This document shows positions 27,612-36,410 of a DNA stretch of 64,000 nt, in pieces. Under the pieces are notes generated by a model that did no database searches, had not been told where the DNA came from, and saw only the letters and a program-made list of their open reading frames with translations. Location: the NCBI GenBank assembly GCA_965208065.1, contig OZ242313.1, positions 619,396 to 683,395 of the forward strand. The letters are read 5' to 3'. Numbering within the stretch: position 1 is the first letter of the stretch; the number at the start of each line of letters is the position of its first letter. This DNA comes from Spirochaetia bacterium. GTDB lineage: Bacteria > Spirochaetota > Spirochaetia > SZUA-6 > Bin103. Position numbers and translations under genes: made by a program.

Positions 27612-28603
27612 GCCGCCGCCCTCGCTTCGTGCAGCACCGGCTCGGGTACCGCCGGGGTGGCGCCGCGCCGGGTCGCCACGAAGGCGGCGTACCGGTTCGC
27701 CGCCGCCGCGGTGCGCTGCAGGTCGCCGCCGCGCAGCGCGTGGTAGAGGAGCGCGGCGGCGAACGCGTCGCCGGCGCCGACGGTGTCGGCCACCGGGACA
27801 TTGATGCCGGGCTGTTCGGCGATGCACGGCGCAATGGACCGCGTTGCCGCGGGCTGGCCGCCGCCGTCGGCAGGGGTGCCGAGACCGCCGGCACGGGCGC
27901 CGGCCAACAGGCAGCCGCGTGCGCCGCGGGTGAGACATGCCACGCTGAGACCGTAGCGTTCGAGCAGAGCGGCGAGCATGGCGGGCTGGTCGCCGGCGGG
28001 CAGGCCGAGCGCGGCCGCTACCAGCGGCAGCTCCTCGTCGTTGAGTTTCACGGCGGTGGCGGCTTCGAGCGATGTGTCGAGCACTTCGGCGGACCAGAAG
28101 TGCTGGCGCAGGTTGACGTCGAACAGGCGCACGCAGTGCGGCGGGCAGGCGGCGACGAATGCGCCGATCACCGCGGCCGCGTCCACGGAGCGCTGCGCCA
28201 GGGTGCCGAAGGTGACCGCGTCGGTGCGGGCCGCCAGTTCCCGCCAGGCGTGGTCGAGCCGGGGATGGTCGAACGCCACCTGTTCGTGAATGGTGTAGGT
28301 CGGCGCACCGTCGTGCAGGGCGACGTCGACGGTCCCGGTGGGGTGGCCGGCAGCGCGCTGCAGGTAACGCCCGTCCACGCCGAGCTCACGCAGGCGCCCG
28401 GCCAGGTCGTCACCATTGGCGTCGCGGCCGACGCTGCTGGCCAGGACGCCGCGGTCGCCGAGCAGCGAAGCGTGGTAGGCGAGATTCGCCACCGCCCCGC
28501 CAAGTTCGCGGCGTCCGTCGGGAAACACGTCCCACAGCAGTTCACCGATGCCGACGACCACAAACGGGCCTCCAGATGGCGATCGCTTCGCAGCCATCAC
28601 CAT
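27608..28603 (-). CDS. PfkB-family carbohydrate kinase (fructokinase/ribokinase-like).
   Basis: VVVGIGELLWDVF N-terminal motif and the GAGDAF ATP-binding motif near the C-terminus. Confidence 0.75.
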   Translation of the reverse strand: MVMAAKRSPSGGPFVVVGIGELLWDVFPDGRRELGGAVANLAYHASLLGDRGVLASSVGRDANGDDLAGRLRELGVDGRYLQRAAGHPTGTVDVALHDGAPTYTIHEQVAFDHPRLDHAWRELAARTDAVTFGTLAQRSVDAAAVIGAFVAACPPHCVRLFDVNLRQHFWSAEVLDTSLEAATAVKLNDEELPLVAAALGLPAGDQPAMLAALLERYGLSVACLTRGARGCLLAGARAGGLGTPADGGGQPAATRSIAPCIAEQPGINVPVADTVGAGDAFAAALLYHALRGGDLQRTAAAANRYAAFVATRRGATPAVPEPVLHEARAAA

Positions 28604-28641
28604 TGTTATCGGCCGTTTGACGGCGTAACTAGCGTGTAGTG

Positions 28642-30573
28642 TTAAGAATTGCCAAGGCGAATGCCAAGGCGAACGCCAAGGTCACGGCATCGGCGCTCCC
28701 GCCACGCCGTGACGGCGTCCGCGGGCACCTCCGGCGCGCGCCACAGCGCCCAGTTGAGGCAGGCGGTGAGGTCGGCCTCGTGCTCGACGCCGATGCCGAG
28801 CCGCACCAGCCGGTCGACGCCGATGCGGCGTACCTCGGCCGCGGCGGTGAAATACTCCGACACCGAGCGGTGGTGGTTGATCTTGGTGGCCAGGCCGTCG
28901 AAGCTGAGCGCGTAGCGCGGCACCCCGGTCATCGCGAGCACGTCGCAGAAGTGGCGGGTGGCGTCCTCGTCGGCGTCGCGCAGGCGCAGGCTGACCATCG
29001 ATCCCGGCAGCCGGTAGTGGCGGGCAATCGCGGCGGCGTCGGGATGATCGGGCAGCGACGGGTGCAGCACCTCCGCCACGCGCGGATGGCCGGCCAGGAA
29101 GCGCGCCACCGCGGTCGCCGTCCGGCAGCGCCGCTCGAAGCGCGCGCGCGCGCCGCCCAGGCCGGCCAGGATGACGCGCGCGCGCCGCCAGTCCAGGATG
29201 CCGCCGCGCATCGCCTGCAGATCCATCGCCTCGTTGACCAGGTCGACCTGGTTGCTTGCCAGATAGCCCCACATGTCGCGGTCCTGGCCGCCGAGCGCCT
29301 TGGTGCCGCTGGCCACCACCGCGTCGATGCCGGGCGCCGACAGCAGCGGCTCGCGCAGGCCCCACGGCGTGGCGATGGTGTTGTCCACCACCACCCGCAG
29401 GTTGCCGGCGCCGGCGGCGCGGGCGCGCGCGGCCACCGCCGCCAGGGCGGGCGGGTCAAGCGCCCTGGTGTGCGGATTGGTGTAGGTCTCGGTGAACAGC
29501 ATGGTGGTGTCCGGGCGCAGTGCCCGCTCGACGGCGCCGAGGTCACCGTCGTCGACCAACGTCACTTCGCCGCCCTGGCGCCCGGCGAGGCGCTGCAGGT
29601 AGCTCTTGGTCTTGTTGTACACGCTGCGCGTAACCACGGCATGGCTGCCCGGTGCGAACAGCACGTCGCAGGTCAGCGCACACGCCTGCATGCCGCCGTC
29701 GGTGAGCAGGGCGCCGGCGGCCTGTTCCAGGCGGCGCACCTCGGCGAGCAGCAGGCGGCCGCTCTCGGTGCCGTAGCGGCCGTAGGTCTGCGGCAGCTCG
29801 GACCACGCCTCGCCGGCCAGAAACACCGCCGCCGCCTTGCGCTCCTGCCAGCGCACCATCGGCTCGCTGCCGAACAGGTCGAGCTGCAGGGTCTCGCCGT
29901 CGGGGTGCAGGTAGGGCTGCCCGAGGCGGCGCATGGAGGCGTCGATGGCGTCGTGCAGCGAACGCGTCGCCGCGTTCATGGCCGCGCGCGGCGGCGGCTC
30001 GGCGGGCAGCGCGGCGGCGGCGTCCGGGTCGAGGTAGGCCGGGTCGAGCACCGTTCCCGCACCGATCACGCCGAGCAGCGCCAGTTCGTGCTCCAGCATC
30101 GGGGTCAGCACCCCGGTGCCGGCGGCGCCGCGCAGCTCCTCGGCAGACCAGAAGCGCACCTCGTCGACCTCCTCCGGGTGCGGGCGGAACGGGCCGCCGT
30201 GCTCGATCCGGTAAGAGGTGACGTGCTCGGTCTCCACCGGTGAGCGCCACACGTATTCGTGCACCGGCGCCAAGGCGGCCGCGTCGACGGTAAGGCCCAA
30301 CTCTTCGGCAGTTTCGCGCGCCGCGGCTTCCGGGTAGCTCTCGCCGGCCGCCAGGTGGCCGCCCACCGAGGTATCCCACTTGCCGGGCTGGATCTCCTTG
30401 CTGGCCGAGCGCTTCTGCAGCAGCAGCCGGCCGCGGTCGTCGTACACCAGCACATGCACGGCGCGATGGCGCAGGGCGGGTGCGCCGTGCACGCGGGAAC
30501 GCGGAACCGTGCCGATCACCGTGTTGTCGGCATCGACCAGGTCCAGCAGTTCCGTGTCCGACCGTGAAGACAC
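28642..30573 (-). CDS. Fusion protein: an N-terminal NUDIX hydrolase domain (IDI-1-like fold, no catalytic Cys) and a C-terminal PLP-dependent Cys/Met-metabolism-family enzyme (cystathionine gamma-synthase / beta-lyase-like).
   Basis: Nudix box GGHLAAGESYPEAAARETAEELGL. PLP-family motifs DNTIATP and ASGTKALGGQ (PLP lysine). The start is called at GTG 30573, just after the redoxin stop. Confidence 0.7.
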   Translation of the reverse strand: MSSRSDTELLDLVDADNTVIGTVPRSRVHGAPALRHRAVHVLVYDDRGRLLLQKRSASKEIQPGKWDTSVGGHLAAGESYPEAAARETAEELGLTVDAAALAPVHEYVWRSPVETEHVTSYRIEHGGPFRPHPEEVDEVRFWSAEELRGAAGTGVLTPMLEHELALLGVIGAGTVLDPAYLDPDAAAALPAEPPPRAAMNAATRSLHDAIDASMRRLGQPYLHPDGETLQLDLFGSEPMVRWQERKAAAVFLAGEAWSELPQTYGRYGTESGRLLLAEVRRLEQAAGALLTDGGMQACALTCDVLFAPGSHAVVTRSVYNKTKSYLQRLAGRQGGEVTLVDDGDLGAVERALRPDTTMLFTETYTNPHTRALDPPALAAVAARARAAGAGNLRVVVDNTIATPWGLREPLLSAPGIDAVVASGTKALGGQDRDMWGYLASNQVDLVNEAMDLQAMRGGILDWRRARVILAGLGGARARFERRCRTATAVARFLAGHPRVAEVLHPSLPDHPDAAAIARHYRLPGSMVSLRLRDADEDATRHFCDVLAMTGVPRYALSFDGLATKINHHRSVSEYFTAAAEVRRIGVDRLVRLGIGVEHEADLTACLNWALWRAPEVPADAVTAWRERRCRDLGVRLGIRLGNS

Positions 30574-30575
30574 GG

Positions 30576-31157
30576 TCAGACCAGGTCGCAGGCCTCCGCG
30601 GGCATCCAGTGGGCGTCCTGGTTCTTCCATTTCACATTGCAGCCGATCGGGTTGGTCAGCGGAACGGCCACCTCTTTGCCGGCGAGCACCGCGTCGAGGG
30701 CGTCACGCAACTCGCGGGTGGAGGCGCCGGCGGGGTCGCGCGGGTCGTCGTCCATGCGCCCGGTGTAGCGCAGCTTGCCGTCGCCGTCGAACAGGTAGAA
30801 GTGCGGCGTGCGCAGCGCCCCGTAGGCGAGCGCCACCTCCTGGCTGTCGTCGCGCACGTAGGCGAACTGGAAGCCCCTTTCGGCGGCGCGCTCCTGCATG
30901 TGCTCGAAGGAGTCGGTGGGATGGTCGTCGGTCTCGTTGGAGTTGATCGACACCATCGCCACGCCCTTGTCCTTGTAGTCGGCGTACAGGTCGTTGAAGC
31001 GGTCTTCCGAACCGATCACGAACGGACAGTGGTTGCACGCGAACACGACGATGAGCGCCTCCGCGTCGGCGAAGCTGGCCAGTGAGTAGTCGTTGCCGTC
31101 CACTCCCGGCAGGTTGAAGTCGGGCGCTTTTGCGCCCAGGTCGAGGGTAAATGCCAT
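30576..31157 (-). CDS. Thioredoxin-fold redoxin (AhpC/TSA / thiol-disulfide oxidoreductase family).
   Basis: FACNHCPFV thioredoxin-like CxxC-type motif. The start is called at MAFTLDLGAKAPDF. Confidence 0.65.
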   Translation of the reverse strand: MAFTLDLGAKAPDFNLPGVDGNDYSLASFADAEALIVVFACNHCPFVIGSEDRFNDLYADYKDKGVAMVSINSNETDDHPTDSFEHMQERAAERGFQFAYVRDDSQEVALAYGALRTPHFYLFDGDGKLRYTGRMDDDPRDPAGASTRELRDALDAVLAGKEVAVPLTNPIGCNVKWKNQDAHWMPAEACDLV

Positions 31158-31255
31158 TGGGGTCTCCTTGGTTTCCTGGACTCTGGTAATATGCCCGGCA
31201 CCGGCGCCGGCCGGCAACAAGGCTGCGCCGCCCGCCGCAATGGAGGAGCCGAACG

Positions 31256-32488
31256 ATGAAAATAAGTGCTGTTTCCACTCGACCCTTCCGCATCGACCTG
31301 AACCGTCCCATTGGGGATGCGAATTCGCCTCAGGGGCGGCGTGCTTTTGCGGGGTTGATCGTCTCCGTACACTGCGCCTCTGGGCGCGGCGTCAGTGGAG
31401 GCTCCGAGCACGGCGGCGCCGAAACCACCGGCATATCCATCGCACCGGCCGATGCCGGCGATGCCATTCGCGGCCTGGCGGAACTGCTCGTCGGCGCCGA
31501 CCCGCGCGGCGTACGCGGGCTGTGGCAGCGCATGAACGATGCCCTGTTCAAGGGCGGTGCGGTGGGGGTGGCCGGCGATGCCATGGGCAGTCTGGACGTG
31601 GCGCTGTGGGATCTGAAGGGCAGGCTCGCCGGCGAGCCGTTGTGGCGCCTGCTCGGTGCCGCCGACCCGCGCGTGCGCGCCTACGCCAGCGGCCTGGACC
31701 TGCCGCTCGCCGACGCCGAGCTGGATGCCTACTACCGGCGCATGGCGGCGGCCGGGGTGCGCGCCGGCAAGCTGAAGGTGGGGCTCGATCTGCAGCATGA
31801 CTTGCGCCGGCTGGCGATTGTGCGCGACGCGCTGGCCACGGCGCCGGTGGGATGCGGGGCGCCGGCGCTGATGATCGACGCCAATGAGTATTGGGCGCCG
31901 AAACAGGCGGTGCGCCGGGTGGCCGTGTTCGAGGAGCGCTTCGACCTGACCTGGGTGGAGGAACCGGCGCGGCGCTGGGACTACCGCGGCCTGCGCACCG
32001 TGTCGCGCGCCATCCGCGCCGCGGTGGCGACCGGCGAGAACCTGGACTGTCTGTCGCAGTACCGGCCGCTGGTGGAGCACGGCGCGGTGGACATCGTGCA
32101 GGTGGGCACCAACGCCGGCGGCATTACCGGCGCGCTGCAAGTGGCCGAGCTGGCGTACGCCTTCGACTTGCCGGTGGCGATGATGAACTCGCCGGGCAGC
32201 TTCCTGGCGCACGTGGCGGCGGCGCTGCCCAACCACCTGATGATCGAGGTGCTCGACGCCGGACGCGGGGCGATATTCGACCGCGACCTGGTGTTGCGCG
32301 ACGGGTATCTGCACCTCGGCGAGCGGCCCGGCCTGGGCATGGTGCTCGACGAGGAACGGTTGGCCGCCGCCGAGGCCGCCGCGCGGGAGGCGGCCGCTGG
32401 CGAGGGTGGCCTGGATGCCGGCGCCGTACCCGCGGGCCGCCGCGCCGGCGCCGGCCTGATCGAGCACCCGCCCGAGCGGTGGCCGTGA
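31256..32488 (+). CDS. Enolase-superfamily enzyme, mandelate racemase/muconate-lactonising enzyme (MR/MLE) family; probable acid-sugar dehydratase or epimerase.
   Basis: KVGLDL...MIDANEYW...EEP metal-ligand pattern and the overall MR/MLE architecture. Confidence 0.7.
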   Translation: MKISAVSTRPFRIDLNRPIGDANSPQGRRAFAGLIVSVHCASGRGVSGGSEHGGAETTGISIAPADAGDAIRGLAELLVGADPRGVRGLWQRMNDALFKGGAVGVAGDAMGSLDVALWDLKGRLAGEPLWRLLGAADPRVRAYASGLDLPLADAELDAYYRRMAAAGVRAGKLKVGLDLQHDLRRLAIVRDALATAPVGCGAPALMIDANEYWAPKQAVRRVAVFEERFDLTWVEEPARRWDYRGLRTVSRAIRAAVATGENLDCLSQYRPLVEHGAVDIVQVGTNAGGITGALQVAELAYAFDLPVAMMNSPGSFLAHVAAALPNHLMIEVLDAGRGAIFDRDLVLRDGYLHLGERPGLGMVLDEERLAAAEAAAREAAAGEGGLDAGAVPAGRRAGAGLIEHPPERWP

Positions 32489-32561
32489 ACTGCCCGGGCC
32501 GCCACTCCGGCAGCCCCCCTGCCGAAAGCGCACTGACGATGGCGCGCGGCAACGGCGGGCA

Positions 32562-34190
32562 GTGGCGGTGAGCCAGCCCGGCAGACCCCCTGCCCTGCGC
32601 GCCGGTGAGGTGGGTCGCGCTGGGAGCACTGAAGCAGCCGCCATTGAACAGGGTGCGTTGCCGGAGCCGCGCGCGCGGCGCTCGCCGTGGCCGGGCGCAG
32701 TCGCGGTCGTGGCCGACGATCTCACCGGTGCAATGGACGGCGGCGTGCAGCTTCTGCCGCGAACCGCCGTGGAGGTGCTGATAAGCGCCGGCGGCGTGGT
32801 CCCCTTCGCCGCCATGGCCGGCCGCGGTCAGAGATCGGCGCGCGTGCAGACGCCGCCCGCGGGCGGCGATTCGGGGGTATGCCGGCCAGAGGATGCGCCC
32901 CCGGCGGTAGACACTCCTGCACGCATCGCGCAAGCGGCGGATGCGTCGGTGTTGCCGGTGATCAACACGCAGTCGCGTGGCATGCCGCCGGAGGAGGCGT
33001 CCGCGCGCTTTAGTGCGCTATGCCGGGACGTGTCCGCGGCGGGCCGCACGGTGTGGTTCAAGAAGATCGACTCGACGCTGCGCGGCAACGTCGGCGCCGA
33101 GTTGGCGGCCCTGCACGAGGCGCTGGCGCCGTGCGTGATCGTGTGCACGCCGGCGCTGCCGGAAGAGGGGCGCACCGTGCGGGGGGGCGCGCTGCTGGTG
33201 GCCGGCGAGCCGGTCATGGCAACGCCCTACCGCGACGAGATTCCCACCACGCACGGCGCTGCCGCCAGCTCCGCGGTGATAGACATCGTGCGCCGCCAGT
33301 GGCCGGGGTGCCGCGCCGCCCATCTGCCCGCGCGCCCGAGCCGTAGCGAGATCGCCGCCGCGGCGCACGGACGGGTCGACCTGGTCGTGGCCGATGCCGC
33401 CAGCGACGGCGACCTGCATGCGCTCGCAGCGGCAGCGGAAGGGGCCGTTCGCGGGGGCCGCCGGCTGGTGTGGGCGGGGGCCGCCGGCCTGTTGCGCGCG
33501 CTGACGCTGGCCGGCGCGCCCGGGGTCGCCGCCGCGCCGCGCGTGGAGAGCGGCTATCCCGTTGGTAGCCCGGACCCTGCTCCCCCGGCGCCGCTGGTAC
33601 TGGTCTGTGGATCGCGCCGCAGCCTGTCCCACAGGCAGATGGATTTTGCCGCCGCCGCCGCTCGCCCGCTGCTGGTGCGCGCGAGCGCAGCCTCCGGCGC
33701 CGCGGCAAGCAAACGCTGGCACGTCTCCGGCGGCGCGGAAGATGGTGCACCGGGCCCACTGAGCGCCGTGGATGCAGCCGCGCTGTCCGCCAAGGCGCTG
33801 GCCGCCGGCCGGGATCTCTTTCTGTGCGCACCCTCGCTCGCGGAATCCGCCGCCCGGCCATCCGTCCCCGTGGCGGAGACGGTGGCGGCGGATCTTGCCG
33901 ATCTGGCCGCGCGCGCACTGGCGTCGGCGGGCATGCTCCCGCGCGCGCTGCTGCTGGTGGGCGGCGACACCGCCTACGCCTGCCTGCGGCGGCTGGCCAT
34001 TCACCGCCTCGAGCTGTGCGGCGAAGTGGAGCCCTACGTTCCGTGGGGCCGCGTGCTCGGTGGGGCGTGGGACGGCATGGTGCTGGTCACCAAGGCCGGC
34101 GGCTTCGGCGATCCCCACACCCTGCGCCGCGTATGCGGATTCCGCCCCGTTGCCTCACCGCCGGTGCGCGCAGTACGCTCCACGCCATGA
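32562..34190 (+). CDS. Four-carbon acid-sugar kinase family protein (DUF1537/DUF1357, OtnK-like).
   Basis: N-terminal VADDLTGAMDGG signature (ADDxTGA) and a C-terminal nucleotide-binding region. The real start may be the GTG at about 32709. Confidence 0.7.
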   Translation: MAVSQPGRPPALRAGEVGRAGSTEAAAIEQGALPEPRARRSPWPGAVAVVADDLTGAMDGGVQLLPRTAVEVLISAGGVVPFAAMAGRGQRSARVQTPPAGGDSGVCRPEDAPPAVDTPARIAQAADASVLPVINTQSRGMPPEEASARFSALCRDVSAAGRTVWFKKIDSTLRGNVGAELAALHEALAPCVIVCTPALPEEGRTVRGGALLVAGEPVMATPYRDEIPTTHGAAASSAVIDIVRRQWPGCRAAHLPARPSRSEIAAAAHGRVDLVVADAASDGDLHALAAAAEGAVRGGRRLVWAGAAGLLRALTLAGAPGVAAAPRVESGYPVGSPDPAPPAPLVLVCGSRRSLSHRQMDFAAAAARPLLVRASAASGAAASKRWHVSGGAEDGAPGPLSAVDAAALSAKALAAGRDLFLCAPSLAESAARPSVPVAETVAADLADLAARALASAGMLPRALLLVGGDTAYACLRRLAIHRLELCGEVEPYVPWGRVLGGAWDGMVLVTKAGGFGDPHTLRRVCGFRPVASPPVRAVRSTP

Positions 34191-34303
34191 GCGAGCGGGC
34201 AGGTTCGTGAGGCGGCGGAGGCGCGCGACGCCGAGCACGCGGCAGCCGCCGGCCGTGCGAATACGGCCGCCGCGTTGCGCGAGTTCGCCGACCCGCAAGG
34301 AGC

Positions 34304-34561
34304 ATGTCATCAATGAATGATTCAGCCCAACCGACACTACGAGATGTCCTCACCGAGCTGCGCGAAATCCGCGCCGAACTCGCTGCGATGCGTACCGAAC
34401 TCGGCTCCCGCCTGGACGGAATCTGCGACGAAATCCGCGCCATCCTGGAGGAGTTCGCCACCAACCTGCGTGCCGACCTCGCCGCCCGGCTGGACGGGGT
34501 AGGCAGCCAAGCCGAGCAAGCGCGCGCCGCCCTGCGCATCGTCGAGGACGACGAGACCTAG
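34304..34561 (+). CDS. Small coiled-coil hypothetical protein (85 aa).
   Basis: AAGGAG RBS. Heptad-like repeats (ELREIRAELAAMRTEL...IRAILEEFATNLRADLAARL). A better-spaced ATG lies at 34313. Confidence 0.35.
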   Translation: MSSMNDSAQPTLRDVLTELREIRAELAAMRTELGSRLDGICDEIRAILEEFATNLRADLAARLDGVGSQAEQARAALRIVEDDET

Positions 34562-34692
34562 CCGCGCGCCTCGGCTCTACATCGCGCCAGCGGACGGCGG
34601 CAAGCAACTTCCCGTTCCAACGGATCGCGCCTCCAGCCGACCGCGCTGCAGGCCGGACGTGTCGGCTACGTGAACGCCAGGTAGACCCGGGA

Positions 34693-35958
34693 TCAGAAGA
34701 CCGCGGCGGTGGGGAGATCGGACAGCAGGGTCTCCGGGAAGTGCAGGTAGGTGACCTGCTGCCAGCGGTGCGGGATGAACATGTGGATGGTGCCGCGGTC
34801 GACGAACAGGTCCATGTAGGAACACTGGTGATTCCGGAACGGCGTGTCGAACGAGGGCTCGAGCGCATTCGCCAGCAGGAAGCGGGGCTCGGACCAGGAG
34901 CGGCCGCCGTCGCCGGACAGGGCGACCCAGAGTTCGGAGCGGTCGGCCATCAGTTCCGGCTTGGTGCCGTCGAGGCCGGTGTAGTCGAGGTCGTGATGCC
35001 GGTTGTGGTGGAACGCGGCCAAGGTGGCGCCGTCGGACAGCATGAACAGCATCGGCGGGGCATCCGGGTGGACCAGCGGCGTGGGTTCGGGATAGCTCCA
35101 GGTTCTGCCGTCGTCCATGCTGCGGGCCTGCCACAGGTGGCCCTCGGGTGAGCGTGCCATCAGCAGCACCTCGCCGCCGCCGAGGTCGATGGGGCGGCCT
35201 TCGTCCAGCCTCCCGAACCCGCTCGCGAACCAGCCGCCGCCGCGCGCCCCGGGCAGCAGTTGCCAACTCGCACCCTCATCATCGCTGCGCAGCACGTACT
35301 GGCGGGTCTGCAGTGGCCGGTGGCTCCAGTCCGCCTCGTGGGAGCCGATCAGCCAGCTCCCGGCCTCGGTCTCGCACATGCGCATCACCGACATGCCGGT
35401 AAAGCCCGGATCGTTGCCTGGCTCGATAAGCCGCACGCCGCTCCAGGTGTGGCCGTCGTCATCCGACCACCGGTAGCCGATCGGCGCGTTTTCGCGCAGC
35501 CCCTGGTCGCGGCGGTAGCGGTCCCAGATTGGCTGCGTCCCGAACGCGTAGAGGCGGCTGCCGGTGCGCGGGATGAACGGCACGAAGCCGTGCTGGTTGT
35601 AGTCGATGTCGAACGCGATGCGGGGGCCGTGCCAGCTCTCCCCGCCGTCCGAAGAACGGAACGCCACCAGGTCGTTCACCTTGCGCTCCGCGCGCCCGTA
35701 GTGGCAGTGTCCCTCGGCCGGGTCGTGGCCGTCGCTGTCGGTCGGGAACATCAGCAGGTAGTCGCCGCCCGGCGTGACCGTGGCACGGGTCTCGAACAGC
35801 GACCCCGGCGCCCGGTAGATCACCTGCCCCCGCACCCCGGGCACCGACAGCAGCCCAACCTCTTCCAGCACCTGCAGACCGCCAGGAGGCGAATTCATGT
35901 CGACCCGGACTCCATGAACGGCCACCTGCTCAGCCAGCGGCAGCGGTTGATACCTCAT
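34693..35958 (-). CDS. BNR/Asp-box repeat beta-propeller protein, exo-alpha-sialidase-like (GH33-like). No signal peptide.
   Basis: Five Asp-box repeats: SSDGGESW, SDDDGHTW, SDDEGASW, SMDDGRTW, SGDGGRSW. Confidence 0.7.
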   Translation of the reverse strand: MRYQPLPLAEQVAVHGVRVDMNSPPGGLQVLEEVGLLSVPGVRGQVIYRAPGSLFETRATVTPGGDYLLMFPTDSDGHDPAEGHCHYGRAERKVNDLVAFRSSDGGESWHGPRIAFDIDYNQHGFVPFIPRTGSRLYAFGTQPIWDRYRRDQGLRENAPIGYRWSDDDGHTWSGVRLIEPGNDPGFTGMSVMRMCETEAGSWLIGSHEADWSHRPLQTRQYVLRSDDEGASWQLLPGARGGGWFASGFGRLDEGRPIDLGGGEVLLMARSPEGHLWQARSMDDGRTWSYPEPTPLVHPDAPPMLFMLSDGATLAAFHHNRHHDLDYTGLDGTKPELMADRSELWVALSGDGGRSWSEPRFLLANALEPSFDTPFRNHQCSYMDLFVDRGTIHMFIPHRWQQVTYLHFPETLLSDLPTAAVF

Positions 35959-36061
35959 CGCGCGCGGCCGACCCTACCACCGCCGCCCGAACCCACTCAA
36001 CCTGCAACAACCTGCCACCCGGCGTGCTGGTCAGCGGCACCATCCAGGTTATACTGCCCGT

Positions 36062-36133
36062 ATGAAGACGGCGGTGTCGCTGCCCGACGATCTGTTTCAA
36101 GCCGCGGACGTCGAACTCAGGTGGGCGCGATGA
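36062..36133 (+). pseudogene. 23-codon fragment resembling the N-terminus of an RHH/CopG-type antitoxin (MKTAVSLPDDLFQAAD...). It terminates in an ATGA overlap with brnA-like.
   Basis: Read directly. It is too short to be a functional RHH protein. It lies at the left edge of the low-GC island. Confidence 0.25.
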
Positions 36134-36336
36134 GAGACAACTACGACTTCTCCAAGGCGAAACGAAATCCCTACGCGAAGCAGCTCAAGAGACAGGTCAC
36201 GATACGGCTGGACCTGGACACGCTGGAGTATTTCAAGGCACTGGCAGCCGACAGCCGCATCCCCTACCAGACGCTGATCAATCTCTACCTTCGGGAGTGC
36301 GCCACAGCTGAAAAAATGGGCTGCGCTGAGAGATAG
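36130..36336 (+). CDS. BrnA-like RHH antitoxin/regulator (COG3514-type); no cognate BrnT toxin gene is adjacent.
   Basis: MRDNYDFSKAKRNPYAKQLKRQVTIRLDLDTLEYFKALAADSRIPYQTLINLYLRE matches BrnA-family antitoxins. Confidence 0.6.
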   Translation: MRDNYDFSKAKRNPYAKQLKRQVTIRLDLDTLEYFKALAADSRIPYQTLINLYLRECATAEKMGCAER

Positions 36337-36410
36337 CCCCATGGAAGATAAGAAATGCTTTCTTACCCCCATCGCGCGCCTACCTTGTAGCGGGTGCGCG
36401 TAAATCCGAG

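Noticed and set aside
25828-27938. The ORF-track calls 25828-27894 (688 aa) and 26805-27938 (377 aa) as single long proteins
   Set aside because: The N-terminal halves are Arg/Pro-rich read-through. The real genes start at internal ATG/GTG codons (tatT-like 26808 or 26769; tatD GTG 27611) that overlap upstream stops.
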